Assembly (NCBI GenBank): GCA_964016885.1
Contig: OZ024741.1
Location: 406,720,001 to 406,784,000 of the forward strand
Direction: 5' to 3'
DNA: 64,000 bases
Source: Eledone cirrhosa
Taxonomy: Eukaryota
In this document: in pieces, positions 28,910 through 40,491 of the stretch
How the letters are laid out: each line of letters starts with the position of its first letter
Position numbering within the stretch: position 1 is the stretch's first letter
Program-made: the position numbers and the translations under genes
The notes under the pieces: model-generated
Seen by the model: the letters and a program-made list of their open reading frames with translations, nothing else
Told to the model about the DNA's origin: nothing
Database searches by the model: none

Positions 28910-29312
28910 GTTTTTTTCTTCGTAAATTTTTTAACATGTAAAATAAAGTTAAAATATTTGGGCCAAAACGCCCAAATATTATACTTTCCCCTTCACGGGG
29001 CAAAGTCTAAGGGCTTATATCCCTTACACAACAAGAAATATTCAACAACAAATAATTTAAACAGGCAAATAAAGCGACTTACTGTGAGCGAGCAAAATAC
29101 GTCCGCTTAGACCAATAAGAAGAAGAAGAAGATTTAGTGTTTATGAGTATTTTTATTATTTTCATCACATAAAGCACTACTTCATTTCTTATAAAGATGT
29201 TTATGTTATTGTTGGCTCTCAACTATTTAATCATACTCTCGTTTAGCTCATCAATAAATCTTAGTTCTGGTTTTTGATTTTGGTTTTATTTCCAACCACA
29301 TATTATTATATT

Positions 29313-31198
29313 CCTGAATATAGCTGTGATGTTTGTAGGGAAACTTTCTTTTCAGAAGATGAAGTGTTCACACACAAAGTAATACACACCAGAGAAAACC
29401 TCTTACACTGTAAAATATGTGGGAAATGTTTTGTCGGTAACAGTGATTTAGATAGACACATTCGAAACACACCGGAAATAAACCCTATCATTGTGAAATA
29501 TGTGGGAAACCCTACTATGATAGATCTAATCCTGTTGACCACATACCAACACACACTGGAGAAAAACCCTTCCACTGTGAAATATGTGGGAAACCCTACT
29601 ATGATAGATCTAATCCTGTTAACCACATACCAACACACACTGGAGAAAATCCCTTCCACTGTGAAATATGTGGGAAACCCTACTATGATAGATCTAATCC
29701 TGTTAACCACATACCAACACACACTGGAGAAAATCCCTTCCACTGTGAAATATGTGGGAAACCCTACTATGATAGATCTAATCCTGTTAACCACATACCA
29801 ACACACACTGGAGAAAATCCCTTCCACTGTGAAATATGTGGGAAACCCTACTATGATAGATCTAATCCTGTTAACCACATACCAACACACACTGGAGAAA
29901 ATCCCTTCCACTGTGAAATATGTGGGAAACCCTACTATGATAGATCTAATCCTGTTAACCACATACCAACACACACTGGAGAAAATCCCTTCCACTGTGA
30001 AATATGTGGGAAACCCTACTATGATAGATCTAATCCTGTTAACCACATACCAACACACACTGGAGAAAATCCCTTCCACTGTGAAATATGTGGGAAACCC
30101 TACTATGATAGATCTAATCCTGTTAACCACATACCAACACACACTGGAGAAAATCCCTTCCACTGTGAAATATGTGTGAAACCCTACTATGATAGATCTA
30201 ATCCTGTTAACCACATACCAACACACACTGGAGAAAATCCCTTCCACTGTGAAATATGTGTGAAACCCTACTATGATAGATCTAATCCCGTTAACCACAT
30301 ACCAACACACACTGGAGAAAATCCCTTCCACTGTGAAATATGTGGGAAACCCTACTATGATAGATCTAATCCTGTTAACCACATACCAACACACACTGGA
30401 GAAAATCCCTTCCACTGTGAAATATGTGGGAAACCCTACTATGATAGATCTAATCCTGTTAACCACATACCAACACACACTGGAGAAAATCCCTTCCACT
30501 GTGAAATATGTGTGAAACCCTACTATGATAGATCTAATCCTGTTAACCACATACCAACACACACTGGAGAAAATCCCTTCCACTGTGAAATATGTGGGAA
30601 ACCCTACTATGATAGATATAATCCTGTTAACCACATACCAACACACACTGGAGAAAATCCCTTCCACTGTGAAATATGTGGGAAACCCTACTATGATAGA
30701 TCTAATCCTGTTAACCACATACCAACACACACTGGAGAAAATCCCTTCCACTGTGAAATATGTGGGAAACCCTACTATGATAGATCTAATCCTGTTAACC
30801 ACATACCAACACACACTGGAGAAAATCCCTTCCACTGTGAAATATGTGGGAAACCCTACTATGATAGATCTAATCCTGTTAACCACATACCAACACACAC
30901 TGGAGAAAATCCCTTCCACTGTGAAATATGTGGGAAACCCTACTATGATAGATCTAATCCTGTTAACCACATACCAACACACACTGGAGAAAATCCCTTC
31001 CACTGTGAAATATGTGGGAAACCCTACTATGATAGATCTAATCCTGTTAACCACATACCAACACACACTGGAGAAAATCCCTTCCACTGTGAAATATGTG
31101 GGAAACCCTACTATGATAGATCTAACCCTGTTAACCACATACCAACACACATTCTTATAATATATTTGACCTTCATAGTTAGTAAGATCATTCAATAA
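29313..31198 (+). pseudogene. C2H2 zinc-finger array: 2 divergent fingers, a 1-bp frameshift at about 29467, then 20 near-identical fingers
   Basis: CDVC..H..IH and CKIC..HIR, then repeated CEICGKPYYDRSNPVNHIPTH-TGENPFH (C-X2-C-X12-H-X3-H with a TGEKP-like linker). Confidence 0.85.
29492..31150 (+). repeat. 84-bp tandem repeat, 20 copies
   Basis: TGTGAAATATGTG occurs at 29492 and every 84 bp to 31088; only a few substitutions between copies. Confidence 0.97.
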
Positions 31199-31319
31199 AT
31201 ATCAATTATAATGAATTAAGTGAGAATCCTGTTGACCCACAAAATACTAAGTACTGTCTACTTACATGATGTAGGGAGTAGTGAGAACCATGATGACCCA
31301 CATGGTGACCTAAGTACTG

Positions 31320-31530
31320 GGCTTCCTCATCATCTTGGTGGGTCATGGGGGGGGGGGGAAGGGTCCGGAAACACTCCTTCCAGTGGGTCCTGTCAGAAGC
31401 AACCGTTTCCATTTTATCCAGCAAGTTCCACAAGTGAGACCAGTCATGCTCATGGATGTTATCCAACTATCTTACCCGGGGTCTACCCCCGGGTCTCCTG
31501 CCGGGTGGTTTTGCTCGTAAAATCCTTGAG
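31320..31530 (-). mobile_element. RTE-type LINE 3' fragment
   Basis: Similar to 56870-57060 (GGTCCTGTCAGAAGCAAC..ATCCAGC..GCTCATGGAT). Confidence 0.7.
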
Positions 31531-31629
31531 GGTTTATTTATCAAAGTTTGCATTTCTTATTAAGAAGAGGAGGAGGAGGAGGAGGAGGAGGAGGAGATTT
31601 TATTGCCTATGTTACGCAGTAGTAGTAAC

Positions 31630-31950
31630 AGAAGCGGCGCTCCGTCGGTTACGACGACGAGTGTTCCAGTTGATACGATCAACTGAACAGCCTGCTCGTG
31701 AAATTAACGTGAAAGTAGCTGAGTATTCCACAAATACACAAATACCCTTAACGTATTTCTCAGGGAGATTCAGCGTGACAGAATGTGACAAGGCAGTTCC
31801 TTCAAATTACAAGTGTAACTCATTTTTGCAATCTGAGTGGACTGGAGCAACGTGAAAATAAGTGTCTTGCTCAAGGACACAGCGCACCGCCGGAATCGAA
31901 CTCACCACCTTACGATTGTGAGCCGAATACCCTAATCACAAAACCCTGCC
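31630..31950 (-). mobile_element. tRNA-derived SINE with CORE-like domain (family B)
   Basis: Minus strand has a B-box GAGTTCGATTCC followed by TGTGTCCTTGAGCAAGACACTT; a related copy lies at 53975-54230. Confidence 0.75.
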
Positions 31951-32087
31951 CCTTCATATGTTACGCAGTATATATTTGATATATCTCAATATAGAGGAAA
32001 TTAATAGCAGACTTTGCCAAAAACTTGAAACTAGATGATTGAAATATTGGATCTTTTATATTGTTCATATTAGCATCTAGACAAGTT

Positions 32088-32302
32088 GGTGGTTTGGCAA
32101 AATTGGTAGAGCATCAGACAATATGCTTTGTGGCATTTATTTACGGTGCTGTTGCGTTCTGAGTTCAAATTCCGCTGTGGTTAACTTTTGACTTTCAACA
32201 TTCTAGGGCCGGGTATATAAAGTACTAGTCAAGTATTGGAGTCGATATAAACGACCTCTCTTTCCCGAGAAATAACTGGCCTTGTGCCAAAATTAGAAAC
32301 CA
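32088..32302 (+). mobile_element. tRNA-derived SINE (family A)
   Basis: TGGCAAAATTGGTAGAGCATCAGAC..TTCTGAGTTCAAATTCCG..GGCCTTGTGCCAAAATTAGAAAC. Confidence 0.85.
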
Positions 32303-32434
32303 TATTAGTGTGGGGCTAGAAATTTATAATACAAACCTATGGTCTATTTGAATCGAGATTGATTCATAACTGGCGTTTATAGAGTCAATGTTGTCGCTTC
32401 ACATTATAGGAAAAGAACAGTCGAGTCGTCTTCC

Positions 32435-32725
32435 CTTCCTTTTCTTTTTCTTCAACCTATTATTCCTGAGAGGGTCATGGAAGTAGAGTCCTCAATCACT
32501 CCTTCCAGAAGCAACCATCTCCAGTTAATCCGGCTGGATCCCTAAGCGAGACCAGCCGACATCAGGGCTATCATCCAACCATCTTTCTCGGGGTCTACTC
32601 TCTGGGTCTCCTCTCGGTTTCATTCTTTTGTTCGTAAAATCTGTCCAGAGATTCTTTCCTGAGACATTCTAACCACATGTCCGTAACATCGGAGATGTGA
32701 TCTCTCAACTTTTGTTTTTAAGAGA
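32435..32725 (-). mobile_element. RTE-type LINE 3' fragment
   Basis: AAAATCTGTCCAGAGATTCTTTCCTGAGACATTCTAACC is shared with 57048-57090. Confidence 0.75.
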
Positions 32726-33209
32726 AGGAAACTGAGACGTCTCTTTTAAACAGCCAAAAAAAAATAAAATAAAAATATCAAACGTTTTGGTTATAACTGC
32801 TCCAAATTTATTAATTTGTTGAGTTGCTTCAACTGTGACTGGTACTTCGTGCCTCTTTCTGGCCGATACAATGTCCAGTCCTATATCTGCCCGAGTAGTT
32901 AAAACATTTGTTGATACCATGTGGTGTAGAGTTTTAACCAACTCTCAGATTCTGACAGATATAAAGATATTTTGTACAGTATGGGATATTTATAACCACA
33001 GTACTTCTGATGATTGGTTCTTGTCTTCCGTTATTTTACCAAAATAGATAGCTGGTAATTGATAATTGATTAACTAGATCGGTTGATCGCACGGTTTTTT
33101 TTAAATGGTGCCGTAAGGAAAAAATGGCTTTTTTCACCTAAAAGTATGCGTATTTTCTAAATATTTGCTTTATATGTACAAAATATTGTGTGGTCCTCTC
33201 TTTCTCATC

Positions 33210-33298
<89 letters not shown>

Positions 33299-33458
33299 CT
33301 TTCATTTGTCTTTCATGTGTATGTGTGTGTAGGAGGTGAGTTTGAGTTTTATTGTAGCACAATAAAGCAATGCAAATATCGGTTAAGTAGCACTCAACAG
33401 TTTATTGGACTGGAGTATATATAAGAAGAAATTAAAAGATGGTTAAAAAAGTTCAATG

Positions 33459-33529
33459 TATTTTATTATGCGCATTTCAGAAACAAATATCATCCAGGGA
33501 CGATATTTGCGTTCTCATCAGATAAAATA
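33459..33529 (-). ncRNA. Minimal type I hammerhead ribozyme (mirror copy)
   Basis: Near-exact reverse complement of 33621-33691. Confidence 0.75.
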
Positions 33530-33620
33530 GGGAGACATGATATGAAGCTTTAAAAAGACACTTGTGAGCAAGGTAGTGTCTAAACAAAGTGTCTTTTTTA
33601 AGCTTCATATCATGTCTCCC

Positions 33621-33691
33621 TATTTTATCTGATGAGAACGAAAATATCGTCCCTGGATGATATTTGTTTTTGAAATGCGCATAATAAAATA
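33621..33691 (+). ncRNA. Minimal type I hammerhead ribozyme
   Basis: Stem I UAUUUUAU/AUAAAAUA; CUGAUGA; stem II AAAUAUCG/UGAUAUUU with an imperfect base; GAAAU-GCGC-AUA (palindromic loop 3). Confidence 0.8.
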
Positions 33692-33744
33692 CATGGAACT
33701 ATTTTAACCATCTTTTAATTTCTTCTTATATATATATATATATG

Positions 33745-34318
33745 TATATAAACGTTTGGAGTTAGAAGGCCAAAACAATGCAGTTATGGATATAGAATAT
33801 AAATACAAATGCAAAAGATATTGCTGACAATTAGTCTTTTACCTTAAATTTATTTGAATATCCTTAATTTTCGAGATAATATCTCTTCTTCGAAGGGAAG
33901 TAAAGGGGTTAATCCAGTGTTCTAATTAGCTTGCCAAGTCATGCTGACAGGAAATGGTATAGAAATTCCATTCTATAAAGAGTGAAGGTTAGGTGGATAA
34001 AGAGTTGTCTCCTTTTAAAAAGGGTTTGGACATGTATGTCTAAGTGTGTGTAGGAGGATACGTGGTGTAAGCATGCGTGTGTGTGTGTGCGTGTGTGTGT
34101 GTGAGTGAGAGGATATGTTTATATGTAAATGTGGGGGCTTGTTGAAACTGGTTTTTTGTGTGCATGTGTGTGTGTGAGAGAGAATAAGTGGAGGTGTAAG
34201 CATGCGTGTGTGTGAGAGAGAGAGAGGGTACGCGGAAGTGGAAGTGTGGGGCTAGGTGCTCTATCATGTTAAAAATTGGGTGTTGAGTTCTAGTCTGTTA
34301 TTGATTAGTGGTTGTGTA
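33745..34318 (-). mobile_element. 3' end fragment of the same PLE family as 62660-64000
   Basis: Extended similarity to 62690-63305 (GCCAAAACAATGCAG..TTTCGAGATAATATCTCTTCTTCG..CAAGTCATGCTGACAGGAAATGGTATAGA..AATTGGGTGTTGAGTTCT). Confidence 0.85.
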
Positions 34319-34449
34319 GAATGAACCTTTCATCCTTGCTCTTGTGTTGGCTGCCAACACAAGATCAAGAATGAAGGGTTCATTCTACTGACATGGCTTT
34401 AAAAATGAGGCTTGTTTGCATAATTGCAAACGAATAAAGAAAGTATTAT

Positions 34450-34568
34450 TTCTGAGTTCAAATCCTGCCGAGGTTAACTTTGCCTTTCATCCTTACGGGG
34501 TCGATAAAATAAAGTACTAGTAATGCACTGGATAATTGGTGGCCTTGTGCCAAAAGTAGAAACAATTA
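34450..34568 (+). mobile_element. Partial SINE (family A) interrupting another repeat
   Basis: TTCTGAGTTCAAATCCTGCCGAGG..AGTAGAAAC. The flanks are contiguous in the uninterrupted inverted copy at 39998-40120. Confidence 0.8.
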
Positions 34569-34612
34569 TTAATATTCGAAAAACTCAGATCACAAGCTAT
34601 ATATATATATAT

Positions 34613-34807
34613 AACGAAAGAGTTGTGGTAAGGAATCAGATGGACCATAACGCACCAGAGTACTCAATACCTAGGGTAGTAGAGTGGGTAATAGGAAAAT
34701 GTATGACCCAGACGGCAGAGCTCAAGCCGTTTCGACGGCTATTTCTGGAAATAGCCGTCGAAAGGAGTTGAGTTCTGCCGTCTGGGTCATACATTCATAT
34801 TTTCCTA
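34613..34807. mobile_element. Miniature fold-back of a Naiad-like PLE 3' terminus in (TA)n
   Basis: Palindrome centred near 34746 (..CGACGGCTATTTC TG GAAATAGCCGTCG..); homologous to 51160-51295. Confidence 0.85.
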
Positions 34808-34878
34808 TATATATATATATATATATATATATGGAGAAAAAATTTACGAAATGGAAATGCGGGTATATAGAATTTATT

Positions 34879-34995
34879 AGGTAACAATTGTTTCTATAGT
34901 GTATGAGTTACTTATACCTCGCTATTTGAATAATACACAAATATTATCAAAAACCGAAAGTACACTGTAAGTCAACACACCATGTCATCAGACCT
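34879..34995 (-). ncRNA. Type I hammerhead ribozyme in the PLE 3' UTR, with a long stem II
   Basis: Stem I AGGU/ACCU; CUGAUGA; stem II AUGGUGUG/UACACUAU with a C-A mismatch at its base; GAAAC-AAUU-GUU. Confidence 0.75.
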
Positions 34996-35405
34996 TTGTA
35001 TTAGAATGATATGAAAATATTTTATACACTAGATAAAAGATAAAGAAGGAGGTAGGAAGAGAAGGGGAAGAGGGAAGTGAGTAAGGTGGAGGGAGTCTTA
35101 GGGTTTAAGACTGTCAGACTAGTAGAGATTGTGAAGAGAGAATGTTTTGGCAGCAGTTAGCTTAATGAGGCGTGCTAAGGTTGGCTGGGAAGTAGATACT
35201 TCTAGTGGTGTTGTTCGGACAAAATTTAGTTAGAGGGGTCAAAGTGGTACAATGTCACAGACAAGTTATTAGGGCTATTATAGTAGCAGGTTATTTCTAA
35301 AGGGGTCCAGAAAAACAGTGTTTAGTACTATTATTATAGAAAGCCATATCTAGTGTATAAACATATAAGACAGAAATTTGCAAACGTTGGTGTAAAAAGG
35401 TAACA

Positions 35406-37616
35406 TTATATGCATTTAAAAAAAGAAAAAGTCGTTTTCAAACGATGGTTACAGTATAGAGAACGTTCAATTTTGCTGTTCAAAAGTTTGTTTACCGACG
35501 TTAAAATGCAGTATATCTCTAAATTGCATAACTTGCAGAATCGATGATTTTGCTGATATGCAGGCGCAGCTGCAATAATTTGCCAATCAAGGGAGAACAC
35601 TTGATTGTTCTTCCGAAGCTGCCAGGCTTTATCGGCGAGGGTTGTTACGGAGCGCATTTTCTCGTGCCTGATCGAAGATCGATGTTGGTATAGGCGAGCC
35701 TTGAAAGAAGTTGCGGTACATCCGACGTAATACCATTTGTTGGTCCCGGAATTAATTGTACACCGGTAGACAATATTGCGTGCTAGGCACTGGTTATTGA
35801 GTGGGCACGTACCTGGTTTGGTGCAGTTACAACTATTTTTATGTTTTGCAGTAGAATCCTGGATAGTTTGGTGGGGTTGTGGTTGCGTGTTAGTGCGTTG
35901 CATGTTGCTATGCTGGTGCGCTGAGTCATTAGGGATGTACTTATTCAGTATTGCTGAGTTGAGTTTTCTAATTAGTTGTTCTATGTTAGGTGCAGTGGAG
36001 TATGAGAGTCTAATAGTGCGCGAGTTAAAGATTTTATAGTATTTATGTGAAGTTGTAAAGTGTTTATTGATTAGTGTATAGAATTGTGAGATAATCTTAG
36101 TGCTAATAGAAGAATTGTACACGGGGTTATACCATATGTACTCTCTACGTCTGACTCTATTTGCTGGTTTGCACCTGTTAGTATGCCTATTGATGTGTGT
36201 GTGTGGTGCAATACTAGTTCGACTTAGATGTGTTTTATTCCTAGTACTTATGTGGTTATCGTCTAGATATTCAATTTTCTCGCAGTAACCAGCTTTTCTA
36301 AGTGCGTCATTATAATATTCAGCATGCTCGTTGAAGGTCTGCAAATTAGACGCCAGTCGGGAGATCCTTATGGATATATTTTTAGGGATAGATTTAATAA
36401 TGGAATGAGGATGGTTCGATTTTACATTAACGTACTTAAGATTTTCATTAAGTTTGTGAAATGGCTCTATATTACCGTTATTAAGGTTGAAGGTAACATC
36501 CAAGAAGTTGACCACCTTAAGATTGTGTTCAAAGGTAATATTAAGCCCTAGTTCTAAGAAAAGTTTCCTAATGTTTTTACGTCGCCTTTCTAGGTTTTGT
36601 TTGTTCATATTCTTGACTAATAGAAGTGTATCGTCGCGGTATATTCCGCCGTGGAGGTCCGTAAATTCGCTCTGGAGTCTATGGGCTATATAGATCCCAA
36701 CCAAATCCGTGACCTCCGCCGAATCATTAGAACCCATCGTAATGTCGAATTCCGAGGGTCTATCCCTGCGGACCCAATAACTATTTTCAAAGTGCACTAC
36801 TGTGCGTCTAGCTTCAAGTATAATATTAATTTCCACGTTTGTGAGGTCCGAGTTAGTCTTAGCAAAAGAGAGGGCCTTATGCAGGGTTTCGGGTGAAATA
36901 GAGGAATAGTATTCATCTATATCGAATTGAATAAAAGAAGATTTGTTTTTGTCCCTAATGTTATTGAACCATCTTATTGCCTGATGAGTATTACCCCATA
37001 ATTTAATATCTACCTTAGCCTTAACTTGGGGGATAATACGATCTAATATGTACTTACTAATCTTACCTATATCGGACTTTGAAGGACATATTAATCTAAT
37101 TTTAGGGTTAGTATCGAAGTTATCCTTATGGTCCTTCAGATTAAAAGTCGGTGTAGCTGGGGATAGGGGTACCGTTCTGTCGTCAATTTTCAGTTTCCTA
37201 ACAATATCACATGCTGCGTTATTAATGTTGGTTAGTGTAGTTGCGTTTGTTTTTTTGTATTTCCTATGTAATTCCTTACGTATAAAATTGTTATATGTTT
37301 CTACATCCAGGGTGTATAGATTCGAAGTTTTGTCTGCCTTTATGATAATTCCTTTGGTATTCCTTAGGTTGTTGAGTAGAGTTTTAATATCTCGTTGCAG
37401 TTCGTTTTTCCTTCCGTTTGTAAATTTGATTCCGGTTATCATTTTCATTAAGTCCTGTTCGAAAGAATCCAAAAGAGGGTTAGAGGGTGGGTTTTTGTAG
37501 GATTTGAAACCAAACTTTTCGTTGTTGGTGTCCGAAGTTTGTGTAATCCTTTTCCGATCGAAGTGGAAGGCCTTCCATCTAATCCGCCGAATAAATTCGT
37601 TGGTCCTTTGTATCAT
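35406..37616 (-). CDS. PLE polyprotein: reverse transcriptase plus GIY-YIG endonuclease (uninterrupted, slightly N-truncated)
   Basis: [43 protein letters not shown]5-[21 protein letters not shown]. Confidence 0.93.
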   Translation of the reverse strand: MIQRTNEFIRRIRWKAFHFDRKRITQTSDTNNEKFGFKSYKNPPSNPLLDSFEQDLMKMITGIKFTNGRKNELQRDIKTLLNNLRNTKGIIIKADKTSNLYTLDVETYNNFIRKELHRKYKKTNATTLTNINNAACDIVRKLKIDDRTVPLSPATPTFNLKDHKDNFDTNPKIRLICPSKSDIGKISKYILDRIIPQVKAKVDIKLWGNTHQAIRWFNNIRDKNKSSFIQFDIDEYYSSISPETLHKALSFAKTNSDLTNVEINIILEARRTVVHFENSYWVRRDRPSEFDITMGSNDSAEVTDLVGIYIAHRLQSEFTDLHGGIYRDDTLLLVKNMNKQNLERRRKNIRKLFLELGLNITFEHNLKVVNFLDVTFNLNNGNIEPFHKLNENLKYVNVKSNHPHSIIKSIPKNISIRISRLASNLQTFNEHAEYYNDALRKAGYCEKIEYLDDNHISTRNKTHLSRTSIAPHTHINRHTNRCKPANRVRRREYIWYNPVYNSSISTKIISQFYTLINKHFTTSHKYYKIFNSRTIRLSYSTAPNIEQLIRKLNSAILNKYIPNDSAHQHSNMQRTNTQPQPHQTIQDSTAKHKNSCNCTKPGTCPLNNQCLARNIVYRCTINSGTNKWYYVGCTATSFKARLYQHRSSIRHEKMRSVTTLADKAWQLRKNNQVFSLDWQIIAAAPAYQQNHRFCKLCNLEIYCILTSVNKLLNSKIERSLYCNHRLKTTFSFFKCI

Positions 37617-37645
37617 ACCAAGAATGTAATCCTTTTTACCCTATC

Positions 37646-37945
<300 letters not shown>

Positions 37946-37989
37946 ATATATATACCTAGCTTGTAATCTGAGTTTTTTGAATATTAATA

Positions 37990-38458
37990 AAAATAGATTT
38001 CGAAATTCGAAGTCTGGAATAAGTCTTCATTTTTTAATATTTTATATTTGAAAAGAAGTAAAAATTATGCTAATATAACTTTTACGTAGATATTGTGAAA
38101 ATGATCAAGTTCATATGAATGGTATAAAATCATTCAAATGAGAAGATGAATTCGATTATGTATTGGGACTGGATATTGGTAATTAACATTCAACGACATT
38201 AGTATGTAATGAAAGCTTATATATATATAAGCTTTCATTACATACTAGTCCCAATACATAATCGAATTCAATATCCAGTCCCAATACATAATCGAATTCA
38301 TCTTCTCATTTGAATGATTTTATACCATTCATATGAACTTGATCATTTTCACAATATCTACGTAAAAGTTATATTAGCATAATTTTTACTTCTTTTCAAA
38401 TATAAAATATTAAAAAATGAAGACTTATTCCAGACTTCGAATTTTGAAATCTATTTTT
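37990..38458. repeat. Nested palindrome: arms of about 190 bp around an inner hairpin centred on (TA)n
   Basis: 37990-38178 is the reverse complement of 38270-38458. Inner hairpin TAGTATGTAATGAAAGCT-(TA)n-AGCTTTCATTACATACTA. Confidence 0.9.
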
Positions 38459-38871
38459 TTTTTTTATATATTTCTAAAATGGTCGATGTGAAACGCTGAC
38501 ATATATTTTCTGTATACGTCAGATGGCTGATAAAGAATTCGATTCCGTTTAACTTAATATATTTCGCTGAGGATCCTCTGTTGTTGTCTATTATCGATAA
38601 CAAAGTAGGACGTGCCTGAATATCTAATTTAATTGCTTGTTATCGATAATTTTAAGTGTACTTCATTAACAAAAATACATTTAAAAATAGAAAAATAAAT
38701 TACTTGTTTCTTTAACAAATTTAATTGGAATTGAAAAACAAGCAACTTTTAGGAATCAAACATTGCTTTCCTTTTTCTCTTTTTTCTTCTTCTTCTTGTG
38801 CTTCTTCCTCTCTCTCTCCTCTTTCTCTCTCTCTCTCTCTCTCTCTCACTCTCTCTCTCTCTCTCTCTCTG

Positions 38872-38955
<84 letters not shown>

Positions 38956-39790
38956 AAAGGAAAACAGAAATAACAAAACAAACGGTACAGTATATGGAAG
39001 GAATGTAGTAGTTTAACGCTTGAAATAGCAGGAAGACGGTCTTAAGGTTTCGGACGCTAGTCCTTCATCAGAAGAAAGAATGAGAAATTAGAAAGATTGA
39101 AGGGAAAGGCAATTAATTATTATTAAACGCCCTGAAATCTTTAGTTCTTGTCTTCACAGGTTTTCGAAAACTTTTCACACAGATTTTAGTTAAACTTAAT
39201 AAAAAAAAAATTAAATAAGTAATATTTCTTTATATATAATTTTTAAGCGATTTTATTATACTTAAATAGAAAATAAAGACGGATAGACAAAATAAGTAAA
39301 CTAATATTTTTTTCAGTATAACTTTTTCATCTACCTTATCTTTAGTTAGTATATAAGTAAATTAAATTTAATATATATTGATAAACTAGGCTATAATACA
39401 TACATCTTTTCTTATAATAATAGTTACACAAATAGTTAATATTTTCCTCTATTCGTAAAAAACATACTTAAATATAATTGTTGCATCTCTTCTTTTGAAC
39501 TAAATAATTTATCTCATAGCATTATAACCAAATCAGTTATATAAAAAAAGCCATACCAATAGTTAAATATTTTCCCACTCATATAATACCAATAGAAATT
39601 ATACAAAAACATGGATAATTTACCTTTGAATTACGTCATATTTAAAATAAAGTCAAAAACGTTAAGTCCAACTGTATTTTTTTCCCACGCATGTAACTTC
39701 TGTGGGGCTTTTTTTCTAATCATATGTTTGGTTGTCACCGATCTGTCCAGTTCGTTTGACCACCAGTATATCAAAAGAAATCTGCATCTC

Positions 39791-39877
39791 CTATACATTT
39801 TGTCTGACGAGAACATGTTTTGGATTATGCTATACATAAGCCTTGTATCTTCGAAATATGTATAATAAAATGAATAG
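39791..39877 (+). ncRNA. Minimal type I hammerhead ribozyme, about 30 bp upstream of (TA)n
   Basis: Stem I CUAUACAUUUUGU/AUAAAAUGAAUAG; CUGACGA; stem II GAA..UUC with inner UUAUG/CAUAA; GAAAU-AUGU-AUA. Confidence 0.75.
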
Positions 39878-39937
39878 AGATATCTAAAGTAACAATCTTT
39901 TCTTTAATATATATATATATATTTAAAAATAGGTTAC

Positions 39938-40004
<67 letters not shown>

Positions 40005-40239
40005 CTGAGTTTTTCGAATATTAATAATAACATTCGATTCGTTTGCAATTATGCAAACAAGCCTCAATTTTATAGCCATGTCAGTTGAATGAACACTTCA
40101 TTCTTGGTCTTGTGTTGGCATGCGAACAGAACTGCAGACACAAATTTTTCTGGGTATCACCCTTAATCAGTACAGATCACTGATCCCCTGCCAAACTGTC
40201 AGAGCTAGTGAAAATATATGCTATTTTCAAAAATACAAA

Positions 40240-40350
40240 GTGACTGATCGGCTTGATTTGCATATTAGCAGACTGGCTGATCAGTCAGATCTGCATATTA
40301 GCAGATCCACTGATCAGCCAGATTTGCATATGAGCAGACTGGCCAGTCAG
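40240..40350 (+). repeat. Imperfect 33-bp tandem repeat, about 3 copies
   Basis: TGATCAGTCAGAT(T/C)TGCATATTAGCAGA units. Confidence 0.75.
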
Positions 40351-40491
40351 TTTCCTGTATACGAGCGATAAATGGCCGGCTTTGCCAACTTCAAATAAAA
40401 AAGAAAATGTCACTCTACATAGATGAATACAATAAATGTAATCTGAGTTTTTCGAATATTAATAATAACATTCGATTCGTTTGCAATTATG

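Larger units (their letters stand above)
23241..29113 (-). mobile_element. Near full-length L1/Tx1-clade LINE (ORF1 plus ORF2) with several frameshifts
   Basis: APE, RT and C-terminal Cys domain in order. The 3' end has AATAAA followed by (ATT)n at 23188-23240; the 5' end abuts a short (TTC)n tract. Confidence 0.92.
33295..33735. mobile_element. Fold-back PLE-end element: inverted arms of about 150 bp (33413-33563 / 33587-33735) plus a one-sided tail of about 115 bp, flanked by (TA)n
   Basis: The arms are near-perfect reverse complements, and each carries a hammerhead motif. Confidence 0.85.

Noticed and set aside
29274-31195. 629-aa minus-strand ORF and MIDLILLTT-frame ORFs
   Set aside because: Alternative frames of the 84-bp repeat; only the C2H2 frame has a recognisable motif.
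38560-38635. Hammerhead-like CUGAGGA-UCCU..AGGA..GAAU
   Set aside because: GAAA is not intact and there is no convincing stem I; at most a decayed copy.
40255-40330. Octamer (ATTTGCAT) enhancer cluster
   Set aside because: Two matches arise from a 33-bp tandem duplication, with no linked gene or snRNA visible.
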